This document shows, in pieces, positions 52,775-64,000 of a DNA stretch of 64,000 bases. Where the stretch lies: the NCBI GenBank assembly GCA_964016885.1, contig OZ024747.1, positions 79,050,001 to 79,114,000 of the forward strand. The letters run 5' to 3'. Both the position numbers and the translations under genes were made by a program. Numbering within the stretch: the stretch's first letter is position 1; each line of letters starts with the position of its first letter. The DNA comes from Eledone cirrhosa (Eukaryota). A model generated the notes under the pieces. It had not been told where the DNA came from. It did not search any database and saw only the letters and a program-made list of their open reading frames with translations.

Positions 52775-54313
52775 TGTTTGTAAAGTGATTTAATATTTAT
52801 AAACTATGAGATAAAATTTGAAACAACAAATTTATCCAAATTTAGTATCTTTTTTAAATAAAATACGCCCAAATAGAAAAATAAAATCCAAAAACAGAAT
52901 CCTGAAAACTATCCTTTAAAAAATAATTTTATAATGAAAAATACCATTAAGAATTCATTTTTCTTTTTGTTTAGGCAATGATAATTTTTACATACCAATT
53001 CATTTTTACAAAATAATGTAAAATGTGTGGGTATGCATGTGTTTGTATCATTATATATGCACATACGCAACTGTATGAATGTAAATATGATTCTTTAACA
53101 CCCTAATTGTTTTCTAGTAATGTAAAAAGAGTTGTAAAAGATTGATAAAGTTAATATTTCTTTTTATATTTGATGATCGACAAAAGATGAAAAAGAAAAA
53201 TTCAATGTACTATTTAATCAGACTATTGAAGGGAAGATGGATAGAGATAAGATGTAGATGGATAAGTGAAGTATTTTGAACAGGACTGGAATGTAGCTAG
53301 CAACTTCTGAGAAACAAATTTAGCATTTTATCAGAGTAACTGGGAAAAGAAAATTGGAAGTTATAAGAATAAAAACACTATACACCATTTATATGGGAAT
53401 AATTATTTCTAGCAACACTGCCACATCACTACCACGATCTGGTAATAAAATAATTTAACATATAGAAAAGAAAGAAATTATACTGAGTTTAATAATAATA
53501 ATAATAAACACATACACACGTGCACACACACACACACAAGGAAGGGAGGCAAACATATACCATTATTTTGAAAGGTTATGTCCCTTGTATATTCTAAATG
53601 GTATCTTAATTGTCACTAAAATAATTATAAATATTATGATCTAAACATGTCATTATTTATAGTTTTGTTTGCTTTTTTTAATGCTTTGTCACAAAGCTAG
53701 GATTCAGTAATTTAATGGAATTATAGAGTATTACATCCAGCAAGATTTTCATTTGAGAGTGAGAGAAAGCAAAGTTAACTATTCTTTAAATTTGATGCAA
53801 CCTTTAATTGGTCGTGATGATATAACTAGAAAAATGAAAACCTGGAAACCATAACGACAAAATTCCATTACTCCAAATTAATACCTTCTTGGCAACAGAA
53901 AATTGATTCCATTACTACTAAAAACAAATATAGAAACAAGTTGTCTTAACTATCATTCACAGAATGCAGGTGTAAATCACAAGATAGTATAGATCATTAA
54001 ATGAAATTTGTGTGTGCATGTATAACACACATATATACACACAGTGAGGAGGGAGACAGAGATGGGCAAAGAAGGGACGATTCTTTAGTCTTGCTGATGA
54101 TATAACCTCTCTAATGCTGGTGCCAGGAGAAAATGCACCCAGTACAAACTATAAAGTATTTGGTGTTAGAAAAAACATCTGGCATCTAGAACCATGCCAA
54201 AAATTGGAATGTACAAGAGAAACATTGTCCACCAACTCACCAATGAGAGTAGTAACTAATAACTAACTTAGAACATAATGGCCTGTCTAACCCATGATCA
54301 TGTGTTAAGTGAA

Positions 54314-54669
54314 TCATCATCATCATCACCGTTTTACGTCCGTTCTTCCACGCTAGCATGGGTTAGACGGGTTGTCCTGTTGTGGGCAGTGTCCGGTCGG
54401 CTGCCCTTGTCTTGCTCATACAGGAACTGATTCTGACTTGATTTCTACAGCTGGATGCCCTTCCTAACACCAACCTCATTTACAGTGAGTGCTGGGTGCT
54501 TTTTTGCCATGGCACCTCCACGACTACTTTGCAGTGGAATGATAGAGTAAACTGGAGAAATGTGAAATAAAGTGTCTTGCTCAAGGAAACAACACATCAC
54601 CCGGTCCGAGGATTGAACTCACAACCTTTCGTTTGCAAGGCCAATGCTCTAACCACTAAGCCATGCGCC
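54314..54669 (-). mobile_element. full-length composite SINE: tRNA head + core + RTE 3'UTR tail
   Basis: A box TGGCTTAGTGG, B box GAGTTCAATCC, core TTGAGCAAGACACTTTATTTCAC, then about 215 nt closely matching the 3'UTR at 45855-46120. Confidence 0.9.
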
Positions 54670-54719
54670 TGAATGTAAAATGATAATGATGAAGAATACT
54701 TAAACATCATTTATAACTC

Positions 54720-55150
54720 CTTGAACACTTCCACTAGCATTGCCTTCATACTATCTTCAACATCCACTGGTGTAACTGTTATAAACATTGAAGTACTTGA
54801 ACAGGCAGAGGTTATCAGATTTGAAGATATGCTGTTAAAGACAGAGTTGTGCTGGTCAAGGAATGGTTCCAGGATGGAGGATCATCACCTACTGAAGATT
54901 ATGTGCGAGTGTGTGTGACAGCTCACACCTTTGCAGGTTTAGCTGGCCTCCTCCAAGGTATATCTCGTTGGAGGTGTCTTGGGTGATTTAATGATTGGTT
55001 ACCATCACAAAGGAGTAGTAGAGAAAAGGTATAAGATTTTGCAAAGAAATCCCTTGGTGTATATAGCATTGACAGTGGTCCACTATAGCATTTGATCTTG
55101 AGGCCTGGTGACACAACACTCACCAGTCTGTCTTTTGAGAACAAAAGGAA
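54720..55150 (-). mobile_element. ancient CR1/L2-like LINE relic
   Basis: Weak: DRLVSVVS and a YSF(A)D-like TACTCCTTTGTGATG segment. Confidence 0.3.
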
Positions 55151-55255
55151 AGGGAGGAAGAATTATGATACAATAGCACATCAGAATCTCCCTTGAAGCC
55201 ACTGTAATCAGGTTTCGTCATTCACCTGCAAGTACGGTAAAAAAATGCCATGATA

Positions 55256-55297
<42 letters not shown>

Positions 55298-55337
<40 letters not shown>

Positions 55338-56013
55338 GTTTAACGTCCATTTTCCATGCTAGCATGGGTCTGGAGGGGAATTGTCCCTCCCACTTGAGGC
55401 AAGATTGGTTGTCTTGCTCAGGACTGTCTGGCGGGTTTTCTACGGCTAGATGCCCTTCCTAACACCAACCACATTTACAGTGTGGACTGGGAGGTTTTTA
55501 CCGTGTTACCTACACGGCCACATTACAGCGTGGACTGTGTGTTTTATTGTCGTGACACCTACACGACCTCATTTGTTTCGGACTGGATGTTGTGGTACCA
55601 ACATAACTTTACATTTAAGGGGGTGGTGTGGATGGGGTGGAGGTATATTTTGTTAGAGGTGCCTACTGACTGTAGTAGGTTTCACTTTGTACTTAGGTAA
55701 AGCGGGTCTTCTCTATTACTGTGTAGCGCCAAAGATCTCGGTCCAGTGACATTGTCTTGGAGAGGTGTAAGTGTGTGAGGTCGGAATTTATCAAGTCGTC
55801 CCAGGTTTTTCTGGGTCTGCCTACTCCGTGGCTACCGTCTATTTTTATCGCCCTGCACTTTTTTACACAGCTGTCGTCGTCTTTCATGCGCATCACGTGA
55901 CCGTACCAACGTAGTCTTCTCTCGAGTAAACAACATCTGATCCCTCTTATTCCTAATTTCTCCCTTAGTTCGTTTATGCTTTGCCGTTCACGTATATTAC
56001 TATTACACATCCA
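55298..56013 (-). mobile_element. RTE LINE 3' fragment (family of 7395-9315), young
   Basis: WMCNSNIRERQSINELREKLGIRGI..RRLRWYGHVMRM..GRPRKTWDDL, 3'UTR, (CAT)13 tail abutting (TA)n. Confidence 0.96.
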
Positions 56014-56076
56014 GTGATTATCATTTAACGTCTGCTTTCACTGCTAGAAAGGGTTGGATGGGCGTATGTGTGTATG

Positions 56077-56111
<35 letters not shown>

Positions 56112-56854
56112 GGGGGGGGGAATCAACAAAGGAAAAACGGAACTATACAATGACGATATTAGTTTAACACTTGATATAATAGGAAAAAATATAACATTTT
56201 GGACGTTAGTCCTTAATTGAAAGATAGAATGAGAGAATATTTAGGAGAGAGAAGAAACAGAAAGACAAGAGTAATAAATGAAAGAAAATGGGAGAAAAAA
56301 AGCATGTGTAGTCAGTCATATATAGAGACAGAGACACACATATGTACACTAAGTAAATGTTCTGGTATATTTTATTGGTCAAACAGAAAATTAATTCAGT
56401 TTAATCAAGCAACTTCTTGTTAAGTCCACAACAATGTATTTCAAATAGTCATACTTCAAAATAATTTCTATACAGAGGAAATTCATTGACAATGCTTTAT
56501 ACAATTCTGACTTGAGCAAAATTATAGGAATATATGAAGACATCATTTGAAAAGAAATGCAGAAATTAAAAACAGAAAAGGCAACACAGTTGACTGGCAT
56601 TAACTGACAGATGTGTTAGGAATAGAATATTCTAAATTAAAATATTTGGAATAGTGCAGTTAAAAGTGGTAGTTAGTTTTAGTAGGTTTAAGATTATTAA
56701 TTTTATCATTGTCGTTCAACTTTTAAATTTTATTTTGAAGCATACAAGTATATTTAAACAATCTTAGTTACACACGAATAAACAAATGAAAAACAACTAT
56801 ATACATTCAACAACAATTTTAATATTTTTTCTAATTACACACACACACGCACAC

Positions 56855-57181
56855 AGGTAAAGATCCCCTTTGGTCACGACTAATCATGGGAAAGTTCCCT
56901 AACGAAGCACAAGTTTGGGCAAGGTTGTTTGTGGAAGACCAGCAGTTGCCCATACACACCTGTCTCCCCTCTCAACTGATATTGAGTGAAGAGAAAGGTG
57001 ATGGTCGATTGAGCTTGGCACCAGTGATGTCACAACTCATTTCTACAGCTGAGTAAACTGGAGCAACTAGAAATAAAGTGTCTTGCTGAAGGACACAATG
57101 CATCACCCGCTCCGAGAACTGAACTCACAACCTCCCGATTGCAAGCCCAATACTCTAACCACTAAGTCAGGTGCCTTCACA
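56855..57181 (-). mobile_element. SINE family C with standard tail
   Basis: CTTAGTGGTTAGAG, TGAGTTCAGTTC, AGCAAGACACTTTATTTC..TTGCTCCAGTTTACTCAGCTGTAGAAATGAG core; tail ending GGGGATCTTTACC. Confidence 0.8.
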
Positions 57182-58182
57182 CACATAAATACATACATGA
57201 GAGGCTTCTGTAGTTTCCATCTCCTAAATTTCATCACAAAGCATTGGTCAAGCCGAGATTATAGTGTAAGACACTTGCACTAGGGGGCGATGCAGTAGAA
57301 AGCCTGAAACCATGGGGTTGCATCTTTGTGCGTGTGTGTATGCGTGTGTGTATCATCATTTAACATTTATAGTAATTAAATAAATACAATTTAAGTATCT
57401 CTTAATTAACACAAAAAGTGAAAGAACAAAGAAAAGACTACAACAGAGAATGCTGGTGTTGCCCTCTTAAATTATTTTTAGGCAACCCAAAACATTTGAC
57501 GTAACCACTTGTGATAGTGAGGCTGAGATGTTAGAAGAGGCAAAACATACACATCTCTTGACACTTCAATAAGACAAGCTGCCAATATGACAAAAACTTT
57601 GTTGTCAGTAGCCCATCTTCCCCCAAATATCTAAATGCTAGACTGAAAAATGTAATTCACCAACAAATTACAGTATTTCCATTCATCTGTTAATCTTATT
57701 CTTGGCTTTACATTTTCATGTCAGTTAAAAAGTCACAAAGATGTATCTGTATGTATTTATTTATAAACTGCATTAAAAATGTTTTTCATATCTATGTACC
57801 AAATTTATTTTATTCATTACTATAAAAAAAAAGAAAATTACACTTACCAAAGTAAAATTATCCAAGTTAATATTTTCTTATTTATATTTTAAAATCCATA
57901 TAATTCCTAAATGGAAAAAAGTATAGTGAGTCAGTCATTAGTAAAATATTCAAAATTCAATTCAAGTATTTAACTGAATTTATCTAAACGAAACTTACTT
58001 GTTATAGCCAAATTCTAAATAGAAAATTTTAAATATTTGACAAGCATACAACGTAAGGATTTAATAAAAATATTCTTAATTCCATTTAAATGTTTGCATT
58101 ATTACTCAATAACAATATACACTAGTAAATAATTATGAGTAATTATAACACTAAATAAATTAAGATAAGTAAAAATAATAAT

Positions 58183-58363
58183 TGTTTCTACTTTAGGCAC
58201 AAGGCCAGCAATTACCCAGTGCATTACTGGTACTTTATTTTATCGACCCCGTAAGGATGAAAGGCAAAGTCAACCTCGGCGGGATTTGCACTCAGATCGT
58301 AAAGGGACGTAACTATGCTGGAAAACATGGCGCCCGACCCTCTACCGATACTGCCAATCCACT
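58183..58363 (-). mobile_element. SINE family A, short-tail subfamily (young)
   Basis: Near-identical to 50806-50972 and to the reverse complement of 20556-20726. Confidence 0.88.
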
Positions 58364-60690
58364 AATAATGATTATAAAAAGTTGTGAAAAGTATCGAAAG
58401 TATAAGGTTATGAAAATTGAATGTAAAGTGATTAGTTAAAAAGCAATTAATTAAATAATTAAAGGGTAAATAACTGGTTGATAACCCTGTTCACATGCAC
58501 ATGTGTGGGTTTATATTAAAAAAGAATTCAATTACATGGTATTATTGTGAGCCTGAAGGACCCACCTTCTCAGTTCCCAGGATCCGAGAGAAGGTTCATG
58601 TGACCAATTCGGTTCAATATATTCCAAGCACTCCAGGTAGATAACCAAAGCCCAACCCAATAGATAACTGAGAAGACAGCTAGGTGCTCAGTCAATGATG
58701 TAATACATACCAGATAATCATAATAATAAGAGTAGCATTCATGGCACAAGAGATTATATATACTTGTAATAGAGGTAAATAAATTACATATAGTGGATAA
58801 TTATAATATTAGGTAATAGATGTAAGTGCATAATTGAAAATAATTAAAGAAGTCGCAGTTATATGCAGAGTTTTCTATTCACGCAAAAGGCAAACTGTAT
58901 GGAACATAAATGAGGAATATGATATTAGTGATAATGAGTGAGGAATATGATATTAGTGAAATGAACAGAGTTTGAATTGTTAGATGCTTGGTATCAATAA
59001 GAAAAGCAAGAGAAAAACACCTCAATAGATGTACTATAAGAAATACATACAGGTAAGATATTGTGAAATTGTAGTGGCGAGTGTATGTCAAAGTAGATGT
59101 ATGAAGGTTTGAACACGTGGTGAGGACATTTGAGAAAATTAAACCTCAAAAGGAATTATACAGAAATATAGATAACAATGTGGAAAATCAGTGTATTGAC
59201 TTGACAAGTTAATGAAAGGACAACTTTCTAGAAATAGCAACAAAATCTCTTCCTAATCATACACTGCTATCTTACAAAAAGGAAAGAAAGTCACATTGAA
59301 TAATAAACTGACCAGCAATACTGGAGAACATCGATTCTGAATAAAATCATATAGAGAGAAGGTCCTGACAATTGTCAGCAGTTCCCAACATGGGGTCCAC
59401 AAAGGGAATACTGAGGGAAGAGATGATCATGATGTTATGTAGACAAGCCTTTTAACAGTCTGGAGTTCATGGGGTAATTCATTTAAATGAACAGTGTCTT
59501 TGGTTGTGAAAAGATTAGAAACAATTTGCTTTCATAGTCAAGAAATACTTGATCAACTGCTGCCTCTCCCTATACACAAAAACTGGCAGAAAAAGATTTA
59601 ACCTACTTTGGAAACGGGGTTATTATAAGAATTATAATGTTCTTATATCAATCAAGAATTATATAAATAGAAATATCTGCTTGATATCCAAGCAGATATT
59701 GCAGTAATACTCTATAAATAAAACAGCTAACAAAATTATGTGTTTCACGTAATAAACACTGAATACCTTGAGATTATTAAAATTCTTTGAAATTTTCATT
59801 ATATATATATTTTTCATTTTATCTAAAATGTTATTAGAGAGAGCAGATATATTTAAAAACAAAACAAATGACAACCTTATTTATCTTATGATTGTCCTTG
59901 GGTTGATGAAAGTATCAGTAACATATCTTGATATAGGTGGTGCCATTCTTTAAATAGCCTTGGTTATTAATATGTACACATGCACATAAGCACATGATAA
60001 AGCCACCTAATAAATATAAAATCATTCTTTCTACAAGAAAAAGATAATAAAAATCAGCTTCTAACTTACCTACTAACAAATCTTTCTTGATGTTTAAAAG
60101 TGATTAGTCTTAAGTTTCTTAAGTGAAGCCATTAGTTTCAGACAGGATTGCCAGATTGGACTACAAGTACCAGATTGCATTATTTTTCAGGACTGCACAC
60201 TACTATTTTGAGCTAACAACTTTTTTTTTTCAAAGTAAAAATCCTATTAAGTATCATTTAATTACCAACTAGGTAAATTAGAACTGACCTACAAATTACT
60301 CGCAAAATTTCATTTTGAGCAACCTTCAAATACAATCTGCTAATTATTGAAAATCTTGTACTATTTTTTTATGTAATTGATCTGGCAACCTTAGTTCCAA
60401 ACTCAATTTAAAAAAACATTTAAGACTAAAACAAAGTTCTTTATCTCATAACATAAGCTTTCTAAATAAATAAATCCCTCCCACTGGTTAAAAATCATAA
60501 ATAATCTAAATACTTGCTAATAATAGATGTTAAGCATACATGCCAATAGATTACCATTAGATGTTTGGTTCAGGGATCCTAAATTCAAATCTTATAAACA
60601 TCATACAGCCATCTTGAAAAGGTAACTCAATAAATTAACTGATGGGAGCTGTATCATTGTATTTATATCAAATCAACCTTAAGATGCCAT

Positions 60691-60949
60691 TTAACACATT
60701 TGATAGTAAAATCACCTGAAACCACCAATGGTTCTATGGTATATAACTGTTTGTTTTAAAATCTTTATATTTATTTTTAAATGTTCCATCATAATTTTAT
60801 GTAAGAACTTGTGTTAAGTTATATTCCAAGCACCAGTTTAATAATGAGAAAGTTAATTATATAACTAAATCCCACCAACTTTTTATTTTCAAAATGATTT
60901 GAAAATCATAGACAGTCTTTTATGAGAAATATGGTAATGAAAGGGTTAA
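60691..60949 (+). mobile_element. TTAA MITE family 1
   Basis: TTAA..TTTGATAG..CCTGAAACCACC..GGTTCTATG...AAATATGGTAATGAAAGGGTTAA, colinear with 258-515. Confidence 0.75.
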
Positions 60950-63059
60950 TGTCAGTAATTTAACTTAAACCAAGTTTTTAACAATAAGTAGCAACACTTA
61001 ATGATGGACAGGCACACTAGTTCTTACTAGACATTTTTCAGCCACACCCTGATAACTCTTTCTGCTGGTAGGTTAAACTTAGTGAGGGACTGGATACTTG
61101 GAGAGGAAATGGACACTGCTAAGCTCTTCTAAAGCCCACTGAAATGTCATGATGGACACACAAACGTCTAGAGAAGCACCCTAGTGACTGGTTGCACCAG
61201 TTGCAGCAATTTTATTCATTATTGAGTTTAAAGAAGAAAAAAAAGAGACAGTAAAATTAGATAATTACGAGGGAAAGTAACTAACAAATTGTTTGTGTTT
61301 TTCCAAAGTGCAACAGTTTAAAGTTATTTTAACAGGATGTTACAACTATTCTGTAGTCCTCATTGGATGAAACCTTTCACTGAATTACTGTCATTTAGTT
61401 TAGAGCAGTAATTCCCAGAACCAATTATGGGAAATAAAGTGTTTTTTTTAATAACATTTAATAACAAATCTATTTATGCTTGTTTTTGTTTTTTTTAATA
61501 AATTCTCTATCTAAATTTTCATTTCATTTGTCTTATTAAAATTTGGGAAGTGAAGATTGTAAAATATAGGAAAATTACATAAGGATTCCACAACAAGACA
61601 AGTTTAGGAAACATTGGCTTAGAGAAAAGAGGGAAAAGAGGGTAATTTACAACAGTGAAAGCTTTCATTTAAAAAAAATACTTAAATACTAAAATTATGA
61701 ATTTCAGACATTAATCCCAAAGTAGTCAAAATCCATCTTTTCTAAATGAGAGTTCACCCAATATACTTGCTTGAGTCAACTCTGAAACCATTTTGTAAAT
61801 TGTCATGCAGTATCCAAGTGTGTGAAGTGCAAAACAAAAAGAAGTTACAGTGACAGCTAGAACAAACATATTGCTTTATATTTATTTCCCAATATAGATT
61901 TTCATTATATGCAGAAATTTAGTTGGTGAAAGCAGGCATGGTGGACTTATCTTGTGTCTGATTATATTCTACAAGATTTGTTATTGGAAATTGACAATAA
62001 TGAACACAATTTTGGCCTGGAAAGATAATTGATACAGCAATTATTTTTGTTGGGAAGGTAGAGGGGCATATATTATGTCATTCAAGTGTTTGGAAAAAGA
62101 ACCACTTGATCAATATGAAATTAGTCATGGGGCCTACAAGGCTGACTCATGCTTTAGCACAGAAAATGGTTCTAACTTTAGTCATGGGGCTGCAAGGCTA
62201 ACCCATGCTTTAGCACAGAAAATGGTCTTAACTTTTAATATCTTGTACTTCATGGATCTGCATTAACATGTCATTCTGGAGAAATACAAAACAACATTAT
62301 GACTGCATCACATTAAAACTAAATTAAACTTGATGCCAATTTTCACAAGGATTTGTCCACCAGTAAAGACATTATAAACATTTGAATTAATTGACCTATT
62401 TTTAGATATTTTCTGCTGAACCATTGGATGTTAAGAGTTAAAATGTTTGTTGATGGTGGTGTTGTGAAATTAGAAAATATTTTATGAGTCTTGTAGTAGA
62501 ATTCATCTATCTTGCTCACATAAATGCACTTTTATAAGCGATTGGAAATGTATTTACAGAGGCTATAACGATGGATTTCACCTAATATTCTATTGGTTTT
62601 ATGGATCATTAGTGTAAGTTTGTTTCACTACTCTTATATGCTATATTTATTTTGTTGAAAAAACTGAGCTATCAAACGTCAGCAAGTTAGTATTAACAGT
62701 ACTATTTATAAAAACATTCAAATTATTCTAGATGGCATGCTAATATGATGAAGTGGCTGTTAGAAATAGAAATGGGTTCCAAAATAGATGAACGATATGG
62801 CAATTCAAATTCCTTGCTATTTTCATTTATAACAGATAATGAAATCACTAGAAATCAAAAGTTAACATCTTCATGTTTTAACAAAGAGAATGATATAGAT
62901 AGAAATCACTAATTCTGGATACACAAAAACATTGTTCTAATGTTAGCTAGAAGGTCCTTTTTGAAGCATTGTTTTATGGTCAGAAGCCCTTCCTGGGGCC
63001 AATTTTTATAGCTTCTTACAACAATCAGAAATACAGTGCACCAATTCTAAACTGGATAC

Positions 63060-63760
63060 ACACAAATATTGAAAATATAAAAAAGATGGCAGGTCATAAA
63101 GCCATTGGTGAGATGGAAAGAACAAGAAGGTAGCCATGTGCAGTGTATAGGAAGAGTGTTGGAGTGGTCTCCGTTAAATGTATAATAAACACTAGATATT
63201 GAGAATTTAGTAGTGTGAAGGGATTATTAAATAATGTAAGAGCTACATTTAAATGTAAAATGTATATGGAGAGGAGTACAAATGGAGAGGATGTTGAGCT
63301 GGATTTCACACAAATCCTAAGATCCAGCTCAACATCCTCTCCATTTGTACTCCTCTCCATATTGAATGGAAAGTGTGGATTAGACATCTATAGTGAGATA
63401 TGCATGGAAGACGTTCCAGGAACTGAGTGCTGTGCTAATGAGGAGGGGAGTGCCACCAAAACTGAAGGGAAATATGTGTATTGCATGTGTGAGAAGTGCC
63501 ATGTTTTATGGGAACAAGACATGGGTGATGAATGTAGAGTAGCAGAGAAGGCTGGAAAGAATAGAAATGAGAATAGTCTGGTGGATGAGAGAAAGGGAAA
63601 TAATTGCAGAGCATGAAGGAAATAGAACCAGTGATGAATGTTGTGAAGAGAAATAGAATTATATGGTTGGGTCATATGGCTGAAGTTGATGGGAGGAAAT
63701 GAAAGCCAAGGTGTTCATGAGGAAGGATGCTGCTAATAGGAAAAAATGGAGAAACTTCAG
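63060..63760 (+). mobile_element. old RTE LINE relic (PHD region to C-terminus)
   Basis: R*PCAVYRKSVGVVSVKC..SSVKGLLNNVRATFKCKM; later MRKDAANRKKWR. Confidence 0.75.
63264..63362. repeat. perfect 41-bp inverted repeat with 17-nt spacer
   Basis: 63264-63304 is the exact reverse complement of 63322-63362. Confidence 0.97.
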
Positions 63761-64000
63761 CTTCTTTAGCAAGAAAGATGGCCTTGAAATGTGTGTTATT
63801 GTTGCTGTAATGTCAGGACTTGAAACTTCAACTACCAAGAACTGAACTACCATCATGTTACACAGTTTTCTATTGCAACTGAAACTGGCAGGGTTAGACT
63901 GGCAGGGTTAGACATCAAAAAAGCATCACAATCTTTGTTCTGAGACAGTAAGTCTCTAAGCTGTGAGGTGACCTGAAGCAATACTTTCTCTAGTGGCAAC

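Noticed and set aside
54598-54669. tRNA-Cys gene
   Set aside because: Anticodon stem does not pair and it continues into a SINE core; it is a SINE head
63094-63616. Overlapping ORFs sharing MERSTNGEDVELD on both strands
   Set aside because: Artefact of the perfect inverted repeat inside a LINE relic

Overview
AT-rich, microsatellite-rich animal DNA with no recognisable host exon, so probably intronic or intergenic. The repeat make-up (RTE LINEs ending in (GAT)n, tRNA-derived SINEs, TTAA and TA MITEs) suggests an Octopus-like cephalopod; this is an inference. Every ORF I can interpret is a decayed transposon: two long 5'-truncated RTE LINE copies with a C4HC3 PHD-type finger inside the RT domain, shorter RTE, CR1 and CRE-like pieces, and mariner and Tigger relics. 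The most interesting signals are non-coding. (1) A well-formed type I hammerhead ribozyme on the minus strand (34552-34609) lies directly downstream of a tRNA-derived SINE head. (2) A second repeat family carrying a minimal hammerhead occurs twice (9341-9624, 34832-35507). (3) A SINE sits in the same window as the RTE LINE whose 3' end it shares. (4) There are three 100-120 nt hairpins and a perfect 60-bp inverted pair 1.43 kb apart. All calls were made by eye, and boundaries of old elements are approximate.
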